NCBI GenBank assembly: GCA_051362555.1
Contig: CM120641.1
Span: forward strand, 34,664,401-34,728,400
Direction: 5' to 3'
DNA from: Lingula anatina
Lineage: Eukaryota > Animalia > Brachiopoda
DNA: 64,000 nucleotides
Under the pieces are notes generated by a model. That model did no database searches. It was not told where the DNA came from and worked only from the letters and a program-made list of their open reading frames with translations. This document shows, piece after piece, positions 41,044-52,435 of this stretch (the first letter of the stretch is position 1; every line of letters begins with the position of its first letter). Made by a program: the position numbers and the translations under genes.

Positions 41044-44000
41044 ATTTAAGCTAAAAAGTAGGGAAAAATGACAGAATATGTTACTGATGTGTTGCATTAT
41101 ATTGTTTTAGCAGAAACAAGCTGAAAACTTGTCATAATTTGAGAGGGTAGTTTTTGACACGATTAAACTTGTCATTATAATTGTTTTGTAGCAACAAATA
41201 ACTGAGGAAGAAAAAAAGAAGAAAGCCATACAAGAACAGCTAGACGCTCAAGCTCGAAGGCATTCAGATTATTTTACGTAAGGATACAATTATCAGGATG
41301 TCTCTAGATGTCTTTACTTTAAATGCAGGTTTGGGACTTCCTGTATCTGAAAAAAGCATTGTAGTTTTGTAATTCCACTTTATTTAAGAAAAGGAACCAG
41401 TGATCAATGTGAAGAAATAGCCAGTAAGAACAAGGTCATTTTGTGTTAATATCTCTGATAGAAAGACCAAGCCTAATAAGTTTTATATTCATACTGGGAT
41501 ATATATATATTTCTGAACCTTATAAAATGAAACAAATATAAGATTTTCAGTGCCTGGCTTTCATGATTGAAAAGATTCATAATAATTTTGCATTTTATCG
41601 TCTATGTATTATAAAAATAGTCATATTTTCTTGATAGGCCTGCACAGAAATCTCCCATCCCTACTGATCGTTTTGACAAATACCAAGGAAAGAACATGAA
41701 AAAGAAGCCAGAAATTCATGGGAAGGCTAGAGCCTTGTATAATTTCAATGCTCAAAGTCCAAGGTTAGTGTGATTTGTGCTGACATTTATATCTACAAAT
41801 ATAGGCCATTTCCAGCTGGATGACTATAGCTAGATGTTGACTTCTTTTGTTTACTGAAGAGTTTGCTCTCCAGCATTCTTTTGTTTACTGGAGAGAAAAC
41901 TCTTCGATAAACAAGAGAAATCATCTAGCAGCAAAAGGCCTAATAGGCCTATACCCTATTTTCATTTCATGTAAAATATTTATCATATTTCCTATAATTT
42001 TCATAATATTTTTCTGTCAAAACTAAATGAGTGCTTTATAAGATGCAGCAACTTAGTATGTGATCATGAATAGCCATAACTATTTATGCTTACAGGGAAC
42101 TCTCCTTTAGAAAAGGAGACATCATTTTGCTGATCAAGAAGGTGGACAAGAATTGGTTTGAAGGAGAACATCATGGAAAAACTGGCCTCTTCCCTGTTAA
42201 TTATGTTGAGGTAAATCAGTTTTATTAAACCTTCGCAGAAAGATCGTGAATGCTCAGCTGAAATAGGAAACCCATTCTACTACTACCACTGCTACTTGTA
42301 TGGAGAAATGGAATGTTTTAGAATATTTTTACATCTCATTTCCTCTGAATTAAATTGTAAGGGTATTATTATTCCAAGCGATCACATCTTTACTTTTATT
42401 AAACCTTCACAGAATGCTCAGCTGAAATAGGAAACTCATTCTAGTACTACTAATATAGAGTAATGTATTATTCCAGAGTATTTTTGCATCGCATTATTTC
42501 CTATAAGTGTGAATTCTGATGTAAGGGTTTTGTTTTCCCAGGTGATCACCTCTGTAGAGGCTGCCCATCTCCAGGACCTAGTTTCAGAGGGACAAGCTGT
42601 GGCCAAGTTCAATTTTACTGCCCAAACCAAAGTGGAGATGTCTGTGAAGAAGGTAAGGGGCTTATACCATTAACTATTAGTTGATGTCCGTTTGATAATT
42701 TTTAAGTACCCATTTGGAAGATGTTTTGAGTCAGAGAAATTTACTAATTTACTTCTTTGTAATAATTTTACAACAGTATTAACATTAAATGGTTAGTACT
42801 GTTACTACAGCATTTTTTTCAAAAGCAGTTTTTAAATTTTCACTTTGTTTATTTCTAGGGTGAGGTTGTGGTGCTAATCCGTCGTGTAGATGAGAACTGG
42901 TATGAAGCTAAGATAGGCAGCCGACATGGCATTGTCCCTGTTAGCTACCTGGAGGTAGTGAGGGAGCCAACGAAAAGAGCATTCTCTCCAATTTCAGGTA
43001 TCAATGATTTTAATCTACATTCTGTTGGTGCGTGATCCCTGGATTTTACCTATTTAAATTCTAGGTTACATTTTATTTTAATTTAAGTTTTGTGTTAGAG
43101 TTTGAAACAACTGCATAATTATAAGTCTCTAAATTCAGCAACTTATGTGATGGTAAATTACTTAGATTCAACATTGTGCTATAGCAGTTTTATATTTTCT
43201 GTTCAGATACTTTGAAAACTGCACTGATATTTACCAACTGTTTTCTTCCAGTGTCTTCCAGTCATCCGATGTCGCCAGTCAATTATAATGGTCCTTTGAG
43301 CCCCACCCCCGGTGCCCCCGCCCGCCCCCAGCAGCCAGTGTCCTGGTCGCCCACACAACGCAGTGCCAGTCCTTCATCACAAACCAGGACACAGTACAGT
43401 CCACAGTCGTCGCCCAGGACCATACATGCTAGATCAATAGTAACCAAGCAGAGCAGTCCACCCCATGACCAGCATCCAGGAAGCGCCTACTCCACACAGA
43501 CCTGGTCACCTACATATCGTAGCTCAAGTCCTAGGGATTACACTGATGCAGGAGGGCGACCAGCACAGAATAGAGTGGCTCCCCCTTCAGGTCACAGTGG
43601 CAGCCAGCCTCAAAGTTTTTCTACACAGACGTGGACAGGGGGGAGCCCCTCCCTTGTGAGAGCTACAGATGTCCACAGAGGGGCACCAGATGTTGGGTAT
43701 ACACAGGAAATTAGGGCACCAAGTCCTACCACATTCAGTTCAATAACTATGTCCACCTCTGTGAAGGATAAAGATAAGAAAAAGAAGCATATAATTGTGC
43801 AACCAGCACCAATCAGTGAGCATCAAACAAGTGTCAACCTTCAGCAGACTGTAATACCTCAACAGATTCCAGTATTCAAATGTGAAGGAGAGGATGAATT
43901 CTTACCGTAAGTCACTAAAAGTAAAAACAGCTCATTGACATCAGTTATTATTATTTTAGATAGTGGACAAGCCTGGTTAAAACATTCTTTACATTCCTTC

Positions 44001-45692
44001 TTTGTCCAATATCAATATACAAATGGAAATTACAGGCATATATCCTAACTTAATTTGCTTTTTAACTTACTGGTGGTTCAGGATAACAATATAAATTATA
44101 AGAAAAATAGTATTATTTGGGGATTGATGGTTGCCATACCTGATAAATCTAAAATTATTAATGGCTATAGCTACACTTTTGGATCTCTTTGTCACTGCTT
44201 AATGGGCTACAGGACTGGAAATTGTTTATTTTCTCATTTTATTGGCAAATCTGCATGGTTATATATTCCTTTAATTCCCCCTTTGAAATAAAGAATCAAA
44301 TAATAATTTCCTTATTTTTCTTTTTATTTTACTCTTATAATCACTGTGGGGGGCAAGGAAACAGCCAGCCTGAAGATCATACTAAAATGAGGACTCTTTG
44401 CTCAGATTTTTTCAGTGTCCCAAATTATCATTGTTATTATTCATTGTCTCAGTATTTTGTCAGCCATATTGTTCTGGTCTTTAAGAACATTGCCAATTTT
44501 CAGGTATCAGGCAGTGTATCCATACCATCCTCAGAATGAAGATGAACTAGAGTTGAAGGAAAAAGACATTGTTTATGTGATGGAGAAATGTGATGATGGT
44601 TGGTTTGTCGGTACGTGTGTACGCACTGGGCAGTTTGGTACTTTTCCGGGAAACTATGTGGAACCTGTATGTAAGTATTTCATTTCTTTCAGTCGTCCCA
44701 TATGATGCTTTTTCAGTTAAACGAGCACTGCTACGGTTGCTGACATTTTGTCATTGTCTTATTTTTTAAAAAAGTGTAAACAGAGTAGTTTGGAAGACTT
44801 GTATATTATTAAATGAATTATTATACCTATGAAGGCATAAGAATCAGCATTGGAGGATTCTTCTTAACAAATGATAACACTTTCATTTCAAGATCTGTGG
44901 CCTATTGTTTGATTTCACCCATGACTACAGTAAATTTATGGGTATTGATAGTGCATACACTTCAAACAGCACCTATCTCCTCAGACCTAGAATAGGTTGA
45001 ACTCGTTCATAATTTCCCACTGCTTCTCTGTTGCTTCAGATGCTACTGTCTATAGAGCCCCTGGCTCTCTTGAGATTCAGCTTGCCCCAAATTAGTCCCT
45101 CGGTATGAAAGGGCAGGTGAGGTGCTTTTCCAGTCCTGGCACTGTACCCAGCGTGAGAATGCATGGCGTGTCCCGTGGTGTTTGCATGAAGCCCCCGTTT
45201 TCTCGAACGATATGGTGTCCTCACTGTGCCCAGTGTTGGATGTTTGATATCATGTTTCTTTTTTTGTGTTTATGTTCATGAGTTTGGTACGTTCTTTTTA
45301 TGTGACAGTAAGGCAATACTGCATGTTCTACTGGTATGCACATTTAGGAGGATTGTTGTGTGCACTTTTTGCATGGATTGTAAAACAACTAGCATGATGA
45401 TTCTTGTACAAGACAGACGCTGTTTTCACCAGTATAATAGTCTGTTGTTTGAGGGTTTACATCTTTGTAAGAGCCATGTCAAAATATGTAGTAACAGACC
45501 AAGAAAAAGAGACCTTCAGAAATAAATACCTACCAAATAATTTTTTTCAAGTTTATTTTTTTGCACAAACATGACAAGTATCCTTTTTCAGTATTAGGTT
45601 AACAGTGAGTTATAGTCAGAGCTATCCATTCTGGAGGGGGGGTTAATAGATTTTTAACAAACTTTTTTCTTTCATCCATTCCTTTAACAGGA
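18610..45692 (+). CDS. CAP: CAP/SORBS (sorbin and SH3 domain-containing; vinexin/ArgBP2/ponsin family) adaptor, ~924-aa short isoform
   Basis: Phase-consistent exons: 18610-18676, 19275-19403, 19694-19878, 20253-20415, 28420-28595, 28859-28934, 29753-29861, 31336-31450, 31784-31836, 32077-32246, 40847-40977, 41192-41277, 41638-41763, 42096-42210, 42542-42652, 42859-42997, 43252-43906, 44504-44670, 45691-45692 (stop T|GA). Three C-terminal SH3 domains (ARALYNF...WFEG...GLFPVNYV; AVAKFNF...WYEA...GIVPVSYL; [15 protein letters not shown]...KCDDGWFVG...GTFPGNYV). Protostome CAP-type motifs [73 protein letters not shown]-terminal exon choices are less certain than the SH3 region. Confidence 0.88.
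22259..22318 (+). CDS. Predicted 60-nt symmetric cassette exon of CAP ([20 protein letters not shown])
   Basis: TTTTACAG| acceptor, G|GTAAGC donor, phase 1-1, open in frame; TGCATG at 22239-22244 immediately upstream. Confidence 0.6.
23345..28105 (+). mobile_element. HINE family 1, copy B (largest, ~4.8 kb)
   Basis: 5' hairpin TATGTACAGACACA-GA-TGTGTCTGTACATA and (GTCGCC)n. Two arrays of 161-bp repeats (4 units from 23453, 7 units from 24490) are each followed by a homologous spacer block. 3' end TGTCTGTACATTTGACAGCTTTGCTGCCTTGTTT is identical to copy A. Confidence 0.87.
27697..27933. repeat. Long imperfect inverted repeat (~240 nt) inside HINE copy B (also in copy C, ~48917-49152)
   Basis: CTCCAAGGGAATTCTCGCTAAATTGC pairs with GCAATTTAGTGAGAAACCCCTTGGAG; TAAGTGGCTTAG with CTAAGCCGCTTA; TCTGTCACGCC with GGCATGCCAGA; the outer arms pair more loosely. 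Confidence 0.8.
33844..39526 (+). CDS. Giant alternative coding exon of CAP (~1894 codons), probably the start of a ~2400-aa isoform
   Basis: Uninterrupted 5.7-kb ORF within the CAP intron 32247-40846, on the same strand. It ends at AAAG|GTTAAT in phase 1, matching acceptor 40847 (G|AT GCA GAG). First ATG at 33844 with an in-frame stop upstream at 33751. No recognisable RT or transposase motifs. Confidence 0.8.
33970..34470 (+). repeat. Coding minisatellite (mostly 24/30-nt units) encoding ~18 DQ(Y/H/F)PVH(A/V)G[xS] repeats
   Basis: GGTGACCAGTACCCTGTCCATGTT-like units; peptide [42 protein letters not shown]... Confidence 0.92.
40500..40728. repeat. Two-copy tandem duplication (~137-bp period)
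   Basis: AAGGTGCTGG(T/A)GAAAT...CAGTTTCCTAGATATTTTGTCA...AAATCATA at ~40500 and ~40637. Confidence 0.85.
40986..41043. repeat. (CT)n microsatellite
   Basis: Begins ~8 nt after the donor at 40978. Confidence 0.95.
41801..41952. mobile_element. Small foldback (MITE-like) element in the intron splitting SH3-1
   Basis: ATAGGCC...GGCCTAT ends. Inner arm GCTAGATG...TTGTTTACTGAAGAGTTTGCTCTCCAG (41829-41873) pairs with CTGGAGAGAAAACTCTTCGATAAACAAG...CATCTAGC (41888-41929). Confidence 0.6.
42219..42552. repeat. Tandem duplication covering almost a whole intron plus its acceptor
   Basis: TTTTATTAAACCTTC(G/A)CAGAA...TGCTCAGCTGAAATAGGAAAC(C/T)CATTCTA occurs twice. Copy 1 ends TTCCAAGCGATCACATCT; copy 2 ends at the real junction TTCCCAG|GTGATCACCTCT. 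Confidence 0.8.
45040..45116 (+). CDS. Predicted alternative penultimate exon of CAP adding the tail [18 protein letters not shown]
   Basis: Acceptor TGCTTCTCTGTTGCTTCAG|, donor CAG|GTGAGG at 45117, in-frame TAG at 45093-45095. Confidence 0.6.
45160..45396 (+). promoter_or_regulatory. Cluster of Rbfox-type (U)GCAUG elements
   Basis: TGCATG at 45160, 45183, 45320 and 45370, plus AGCATG at 45391. Confidence 0.6.
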
Positions 45693-47693
45693 TATCTGCA
45701 TTTTATCAGGTGTGAGTGTTTGTGGTATGATTATATAACTTTTTTTAGTATTTAGTTTGTTTTACCATTGCAATACTTCATATCCCTTGCATTTGCATTC
45801 AACCCTTGCCATTTTTCTCCCTTGGTCATGTAATAGAAGTTCCTGTAGTCTCATATTTAAGAATGTAATGACTTCTTCAACCAAATTAGGCTGCATTGTT
45901 GTTTTTCGTGCATTTTGATGGTGTGCCTTAGTTTAAGTTAAATGAACATCATTTTACAGACTGCTTCCAGTGGGTACATAAAATGTTTGCTTCATTTTTA
46001 AATGGGCTATTATAAGTTCATGTGTTTGAAGATTTTAATTTTTATCTTTGCTACTTTCACATTTTCATATATACCAGTAGATTTATTCATGTACAGGATA
46101 AAGTTACGTTTTTTGCATATCTCTATATGTTCATGGAAATTCTTAGTATTTTATTTCTATTTCAGGAGTATAACAAGAGACATAGTGCACTTTAGTGGTA
46201 CATCAAGCAAGTACATTTTTGTAAAAGAAGACGTAGCAACATCGATATAGATTTATATGATAATTGTCTTATCAGGATGAGACATTGGCAAAGTTAAACC
46301 TAGGATGATGGTTATTATAACATATTTAGGAAAAAATGACAGTTGCAGATTGTGAAGAACTTCATAAATTGAATATTGAGAGAAAAATGAAGGCAAAATA
46401 TATAATAGTGGTTAATTTATCGATGGTACTGTTTATTAGCACTTGTTCAGATTCAGTTATAGTTACTGTATGCCATATATGTAGCAGTTTAAGTAATCAG
46501 CAGTTAATGTGTAAGGGGAATGTTTTATTAATTTACAGTATCATTAATACATATTTTATTACTGGATATTTTTTTTACCGAATTCAAACATGACTTGGGG
46601 GGTGGGGGATTTGAGTGTCAGTCAATTTAATGTCATTATTCTTAGTATGATAATGCAATGGAAGAAAAGAAAGTGAATACTAAATGCGAATAACTGACAT
46701 GATTTTAAAACTTTTATTTAAGTTATTGGCGTGTTCAGTATTTAATCCTGCTAAGTATCACTTTTTTTACAAGATGAAAACTAAACAAATTGTATCATCC
46801 AAACATCTGAACACTGCCTTAATACTACAAAACAAGTAAGTACACCAGTCTTTTTTTTTCTTTCATGAATGTCAGTTATTTTTCAGAATTAATACTGATA
46901 TTCTTCGAATGTCAAAAGGAACAAAATCATTGTAGTTAGTTTTTAAGTATAGCTCAAGGGGTAATATAATTTATGCATATTCATGTGGTAAAGCTATGAC
47001 ATGGTTCTTTGCCTTGCTGCAAACTTTTACTGTAATAATGTATCATTTTTATTCACACATTCATATACACATCACTTTACTGCATGCTCACATACTCACG
47101 TTCTAACATACTGGAGTTATTTATGGGCCAATTTGCCACATCAGTATTTCATCTTTTTAAACTGTATCTGACCAAGCTGTGTCACTAAAATTATGTATGA
47201 TTTCCCACCAGCTGTATGGAACTAGATCTACAAACAGGTAAGGACTGCTCTAGCATAATGTTTAAGCCAAATGACAATTCTTTTAACCAAATTAATTGTA
47301 AATTGGTTAAAAATATGCAGATAAGAAAAATTAGTTGGAGCAATTTATGTATAACTGTTGACACAAATAATCTGCTATTATGTGTCTAGAATGCATGTTA
47401 CACATTACAAGTATTAATTTATTTGAGACAAAATCACAAGGCCATGTCCACACATGCACGATGTTGTTTTTCATATTCACTCTTAGATTTGTGTATTTAA
47501 CACATTTTCTATCTAAAACAAAAAATAAGCTCTATAAAAACTATGAATCCACACTATTAAATGTCACGAAAATTATAGTGATTAAGGGGATACATTTTAT
47601 ACTAAGTGACTTAGTTTGGCAGAAAAATGGAATATTTTATTTTTCTTTTGTTATTTGCTTGTTGTCTTGTGTGAGGCACTGATGATGTAAACC

Positions 47694-47699
47694 AATAAA
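47694..47699 (+). terminator. Candidate polyadenylation signal of CAP (3' UTR ~2 kb from 45693)
   Basis: AATAAA followed ~20 nt later by GT-rich TGTTGTTAGTGTTG. Confidence 0.55.
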
Positions 47700-48745
47700 A
47701 CTGTCTTTCATATATATATATGTTGTTAGTGTTGAATAATCAATCTGAATAGTTGTCCAGTGTGATGTGCACATTTCTGGCATATTATCTTCTGCACAGT
47801 GCCAATTTCTTCAGGTTCTACCCATTACATTGCCAGAAATTGATGGAGAAATCGAAGTGTGAGGGTTGTCAACTGTAATGCAAAAATTACTTAATATGAC
47901 AAAGCAAGATTGTAGATAAGTAGATAATGTGGTATATCACCTTTTACAAGTTATGTTATCTTACTATTTAATTTATGGTAGTTCAGTGGTTACATGCATA
48001 ATTGTATTTATATGTGCCTCTGCTGGCAATAGCCGCCACCATGCAGTCTATTCATTGGTTCTTTCAAATGCTTTACCTCAACTGGTAGAATGTGACCAAA
48101 TTGACGCACTCTCCACCATTCTTATTTATTCTTGATAATCTTCTGTAAAAAGGTACGTTACAATTTAGCTCCTATAATAAGGCAAGGTACACACAATACT
48201 AATTATTTTAAGCTAGAAGGTAACTTTCCACAATCTAAATTAGACAATTTTACATCTGTAATTATGAACCAGTCCTGCTGTCTACTTAATTTCATATATT
48301 TATGTATTTTATTTTTAAAACATTTATTGAGCTGTTTCAATTTACAAATACTTTCTTCAGCTTGCCATGACATTAGTGAAGTTGAAACTTTCATCACTAA
48401 GAGGATTGTTGTGTGGCTTCATTTACTTTGTTTTTTGTTTTTTTTTAGCAAAATAAATTATAACATTACATGTCAAATGGATTTTTGTATCATGTTATGA
48501 ACTCTAAGAAAAAAATCAGTCTACAAATGTTAAAGAAGTTGAAGATCAGGTTATCTGATACAAAAAGTAACTTGATAAACCATTCGATCCCAAGTCACCT
48601 CCAATAATTTGAATTCACTGAAGTGGGGCTAAATTTCGTAACTGTCATGGAAGTGACATGAAGATGTAGACAATGAAATATCATGACAATATGTGTAACA
48701 GGACAACCGACAGATACAGAAGTACATGTTTATGCCATCAATATG

Positions 48746-49236
48746 AACAAGGCAGCAAAGCTGTCAAATGTACAGACAAAAACCAGAAAATAAAAATGCA
48801 GGAAATAGGATACTGTCAATTTTGATGAACTAATGTATTATGCTTACTGTAACTGCATAGCCAACATCAAATTCTTATTCTGCATAACATTGGATTAGGA
48901 TGAAAGTAAAATGTGTATCAAGCATTAGACTAAGTTCCCATACCTAGATCAATCTAACAGGATCAATGCAACTCCAAGGGGTTTCTCACTAAATTGCTTT
49001 CAGTTTGAGAGTCTTAGGATTCTGGCATGCCAGTTTCAGTAGGCGTGACAGACAACTAAGCCACTAACATTGATTGCAATTTAGCGAGAATTCCCATGGA
49101 GATAGATCGATCCACAGTTAGCGTGATAGGGTCTGGAAATAGTCCCTAAGGTGTCAGGCTGATAAGAGTTAAACTTTGGAAATGCCAGAATGAGGTACAG
49201 TGAAAATTACACACAAAAAAAAAATGCTTAAACTCA

Positions 49237-49270
<34 letters not shown>

Positions 49271-52200
49271 CACTATATATTATTAATTTCTTTTTTTTTT
49301 GGCTGTATGTCAATCCTAAGAATCATTCTTGTAACTTAACAAAATACAGAAAATGTTACAAAGTAAGAGTACAGGGCTCCTGGCAGATGGGAGTGATAAG
49401 TCACAACTTGAAAATGCCAGTATAGCACTCTATAAACCTGCATTGCCTCCAAAACAGAAAACAATCACACTGGTTTTCAAACACAAGCTGCGCACTTCTG
49501 TCTTATGAAACTTTTCACTAAGTTTCAGTATCGTAAGTGACATGGTTTTCCCTTAATTGCTATCCTGGCAGCAGTGTCCAAAATAGGGTTTTCTTCAACT
49601 TTCATGCAATAAAACATAATACTTAACAGCATAATGACCATCAAATTTTTTTTTAAAAAAATAAAAGTATCATGAATATTCAGAAAATGTGATTTGGGAA
49701 GGTCTTCAAGGCCATGGAAGTTCTGAGTCACACTTTCAAAATGCCAAAATGTAAACAAGAGATAACTGTACTGAAATGATTTTCTTTCCATTTTCAACAC
49801 CTTTTTTAAAACAAAATGATCAATAAACTGTCATTTTTAAATGTTCAACTAGGAAAATTGCTGACATAGGAAAAATAGCAATAGAACAATTTTCAATGTC
49901 CAATTTGCTCCATTTGCAGATGCTGAACATAGTGAATGATTAAATCTGACAAACTGCAATGATGAGTTCCTTTCCATTTATGATACTTTATTACACAATG
50001 CACAATATTATAACAGGTTTACCGTCATTTTTATATAATCAACAAACAATATTGTTAAGAAGCAGAAAATGTCAAAACAACACTTTTACATATCTTATTA
50101 GTTCCATAATGAGACTGTTAACATGCCTAAGAATTAAATCTGAAGAAATAACAATTATATACAAAAATACAGAAAATGCACAGCACTTCTGGTGGATGGG
50201 AGTATAAAATCACATCTTGAAGATGCTTGTGTTTGAAAAATAATTTAAAAAAAAATTTAAATAAAACGTAAAAAATTCCAATAAAGCTGCTATTCAAACT
50301 TTTAATCTAGCTGTATTAACTTGATATTAATAACCCCACCAAGTTTGAGAAAAATAAAGCACTGTTATTCATCTATAGCATGTTGGCATAACACATTCTT
50401 TTTGTTGTAAATTTATTTGCAATGTTAAACACCATTTATCTGCACAATTATCACCAAATCCTAATTTTGTGACACAGTTAAGAGAGCTAAACCTATGGGA
50501 CTTTACAGGGAAATCTCAAGGAGTGTTTTATGTAATCTCATTTAATAGCCAATTGAAAATTAATGAGTAGGCAAGTGACTTTATAGACCTTAATTTAATT
50601 AGTGATCACCCAAGGGACAATTTTATAGACTGTCATCCATACAGTACCATCATATAGCACAAAGGTGTTGCGTACATGCTGAAAAAAGTGAAAAAACAGC
50701 ATTACTTCCCTAAAAATGACCCGATGATGCTGATTTTCAAACTTGACCTGCGTATTATGAATATTCATTAGTTCTGCAAGTTTCAAACCAAAAGGTAAAA
50801 TGGTTTTCCACTTATCATGTTATCAGTGTTGCATATATGCTGAAAAAAGTGAAAAACAGCATAACTTCCCTAAAAATGACCCAATCATACTGATTTTCAA
50901 ACTTGACCTGCGTATTATGAATATTCATCGGTTCTGTAAGTTTGAAACCAAAAGGTAAAATGATTTTCCACTTATCGTGTTATCGGTGCTGCGTATATGC
51001 TGAAAAAAGTGAAAAAACAGCATAACTACCCTAAAAATGACCCGATAATGCTGATTTTCAAACTTGGCCTGCGTAATATGAATATTCATTACTTCTGCAA
51101 GTTTCAAGCCAAAAGGTAAAATGATTTTTCACTTATCATGTTATCAGTGTTGCATATATGGTGAAAAAAGTGAAAAACAGCATAACTTCCCTAAAAATGA
51201 CCCGATCATGCTGATTTTCGAACTTGACCTGCGTATTATGAATATTCATCAGTTTTGTAAGTTTCAAGGGAAAAGGTAAAATGGTTTTCCACTTATCGTG
51301 TTATCGGTGCTGCATATATGCTGAAACAAGACAGCACTGTTCTGCAATGGGTTTACTTCCATTTTTAGAACACTTTTTTAACATAAAACAAAATAAACAG
51401 TTTTCTACCATTTGTATATGATCAACTAAGAAAATTGATGAGATGGGAAAAATATCAATAGAACAGTGTTAAATGTCCAATTTCCTCCATTCTGAGATAA
51501 TGAATATAGTAAATGATTGAATCTGACAAACTGCAATGATATTTGTTTATTTCCATTTTTGACGCTTTATAACATAATACACAATAACAAGTTTACCATC
51601 ATTTTTACATAATCAACTAACAATGTTATTGAGATGCAGGAAATGTCAAACAAACACTTTTACGTATCTTATTAGTTCAATAATGAGACTGTTAATATGC
51701 CTAACAATTGAATCTGAGGAAATGTGAAAAAACAGCATAACTTCTAAAAGAATGGCACGATTATGCTGATTTTGGAACTCAACCTGCGTTTTGGTTAGTT
51801 TGACTACTCCTGTGAGTATAATGACAATTGGCCTATTTGTTTTTCTTATATTGTGTTATTAGCGTTACATATATGTTGAAAGAAGTGAAAAAACAGCATA
51901 ACATCCCTAAAAATGGCCCGATCATGCTGATTTTCAAACTTGACCTGCGTATTTCGAATATTCATCAGTTTTGTAAGTTTCAAGCCAAAAGGTAAAATGG
52001 TTTTCCATTTATGGTGTTATCGGTGCTGCATATATGCTGAAAAAAGAGAAAAAATAGCCTAAATTCACTAAAAATTACCCAATCACGCTGATTTTCGAAC
52101 TTGACCTGCGTATTATGAATATTCATCAGTTCTATAAGTTTCAAGCCAAAAGGTAAAATGGTTTTCCACTTATTGTGTTATCGGTGCTGCATATATGCTA

Positions 52201-52435
52201 AAAAAAGTGAAAAAACAGCATAAATTCCCTATAAGTGACCCGATCATGCTGATTTTCGAACTTGACCTGTGTATTACGAATATTCATCAGTTCTGTAAGT
52301 TTCAAGCCAAAAGAAAAAACAGTTTTCCACTTATCGTGTTATCGGTAAAAGTGCACGGCGACGGCGACGGCGACGGCGCCGACAGACGCAGATGATGGCT
52401 ATATGTACAGACACATCTGTGTCTGTACATAAAAA
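48746..52435 (-). mobile_element. HINE family 1, copy C (intergenic, inverted relative to A and B)
   Basis: Reverse complements of the same 5' hairpin and microsatellite (52350-52435) and the same 3' terminus (AACAAGGCAGCAAAGCTGTCAAATGTACAGACA at 48746). Two 161-bp arrays; internal blocks shared with copy B. Confidence 0.87.

Noticed and set aside
45225-45241. CAGTGT loops (also ~47758 and ~47797) as iron-responsive elements
   Set aside because: Flanks do not form the 5-bp upper stem with a bulged C.
45881-45890. CArG box CCAAATTAGG
   Set aside because: A single hit in the 3' UTR of an AT-rich region, expected by chance.
46002-48500. Several 60-120-aa hydrophobic ORFs
   Set aside because: F/I/L/Y-rich composition typical of AT-rich 3' UTR and intergenic sequence; no splice or homology support.
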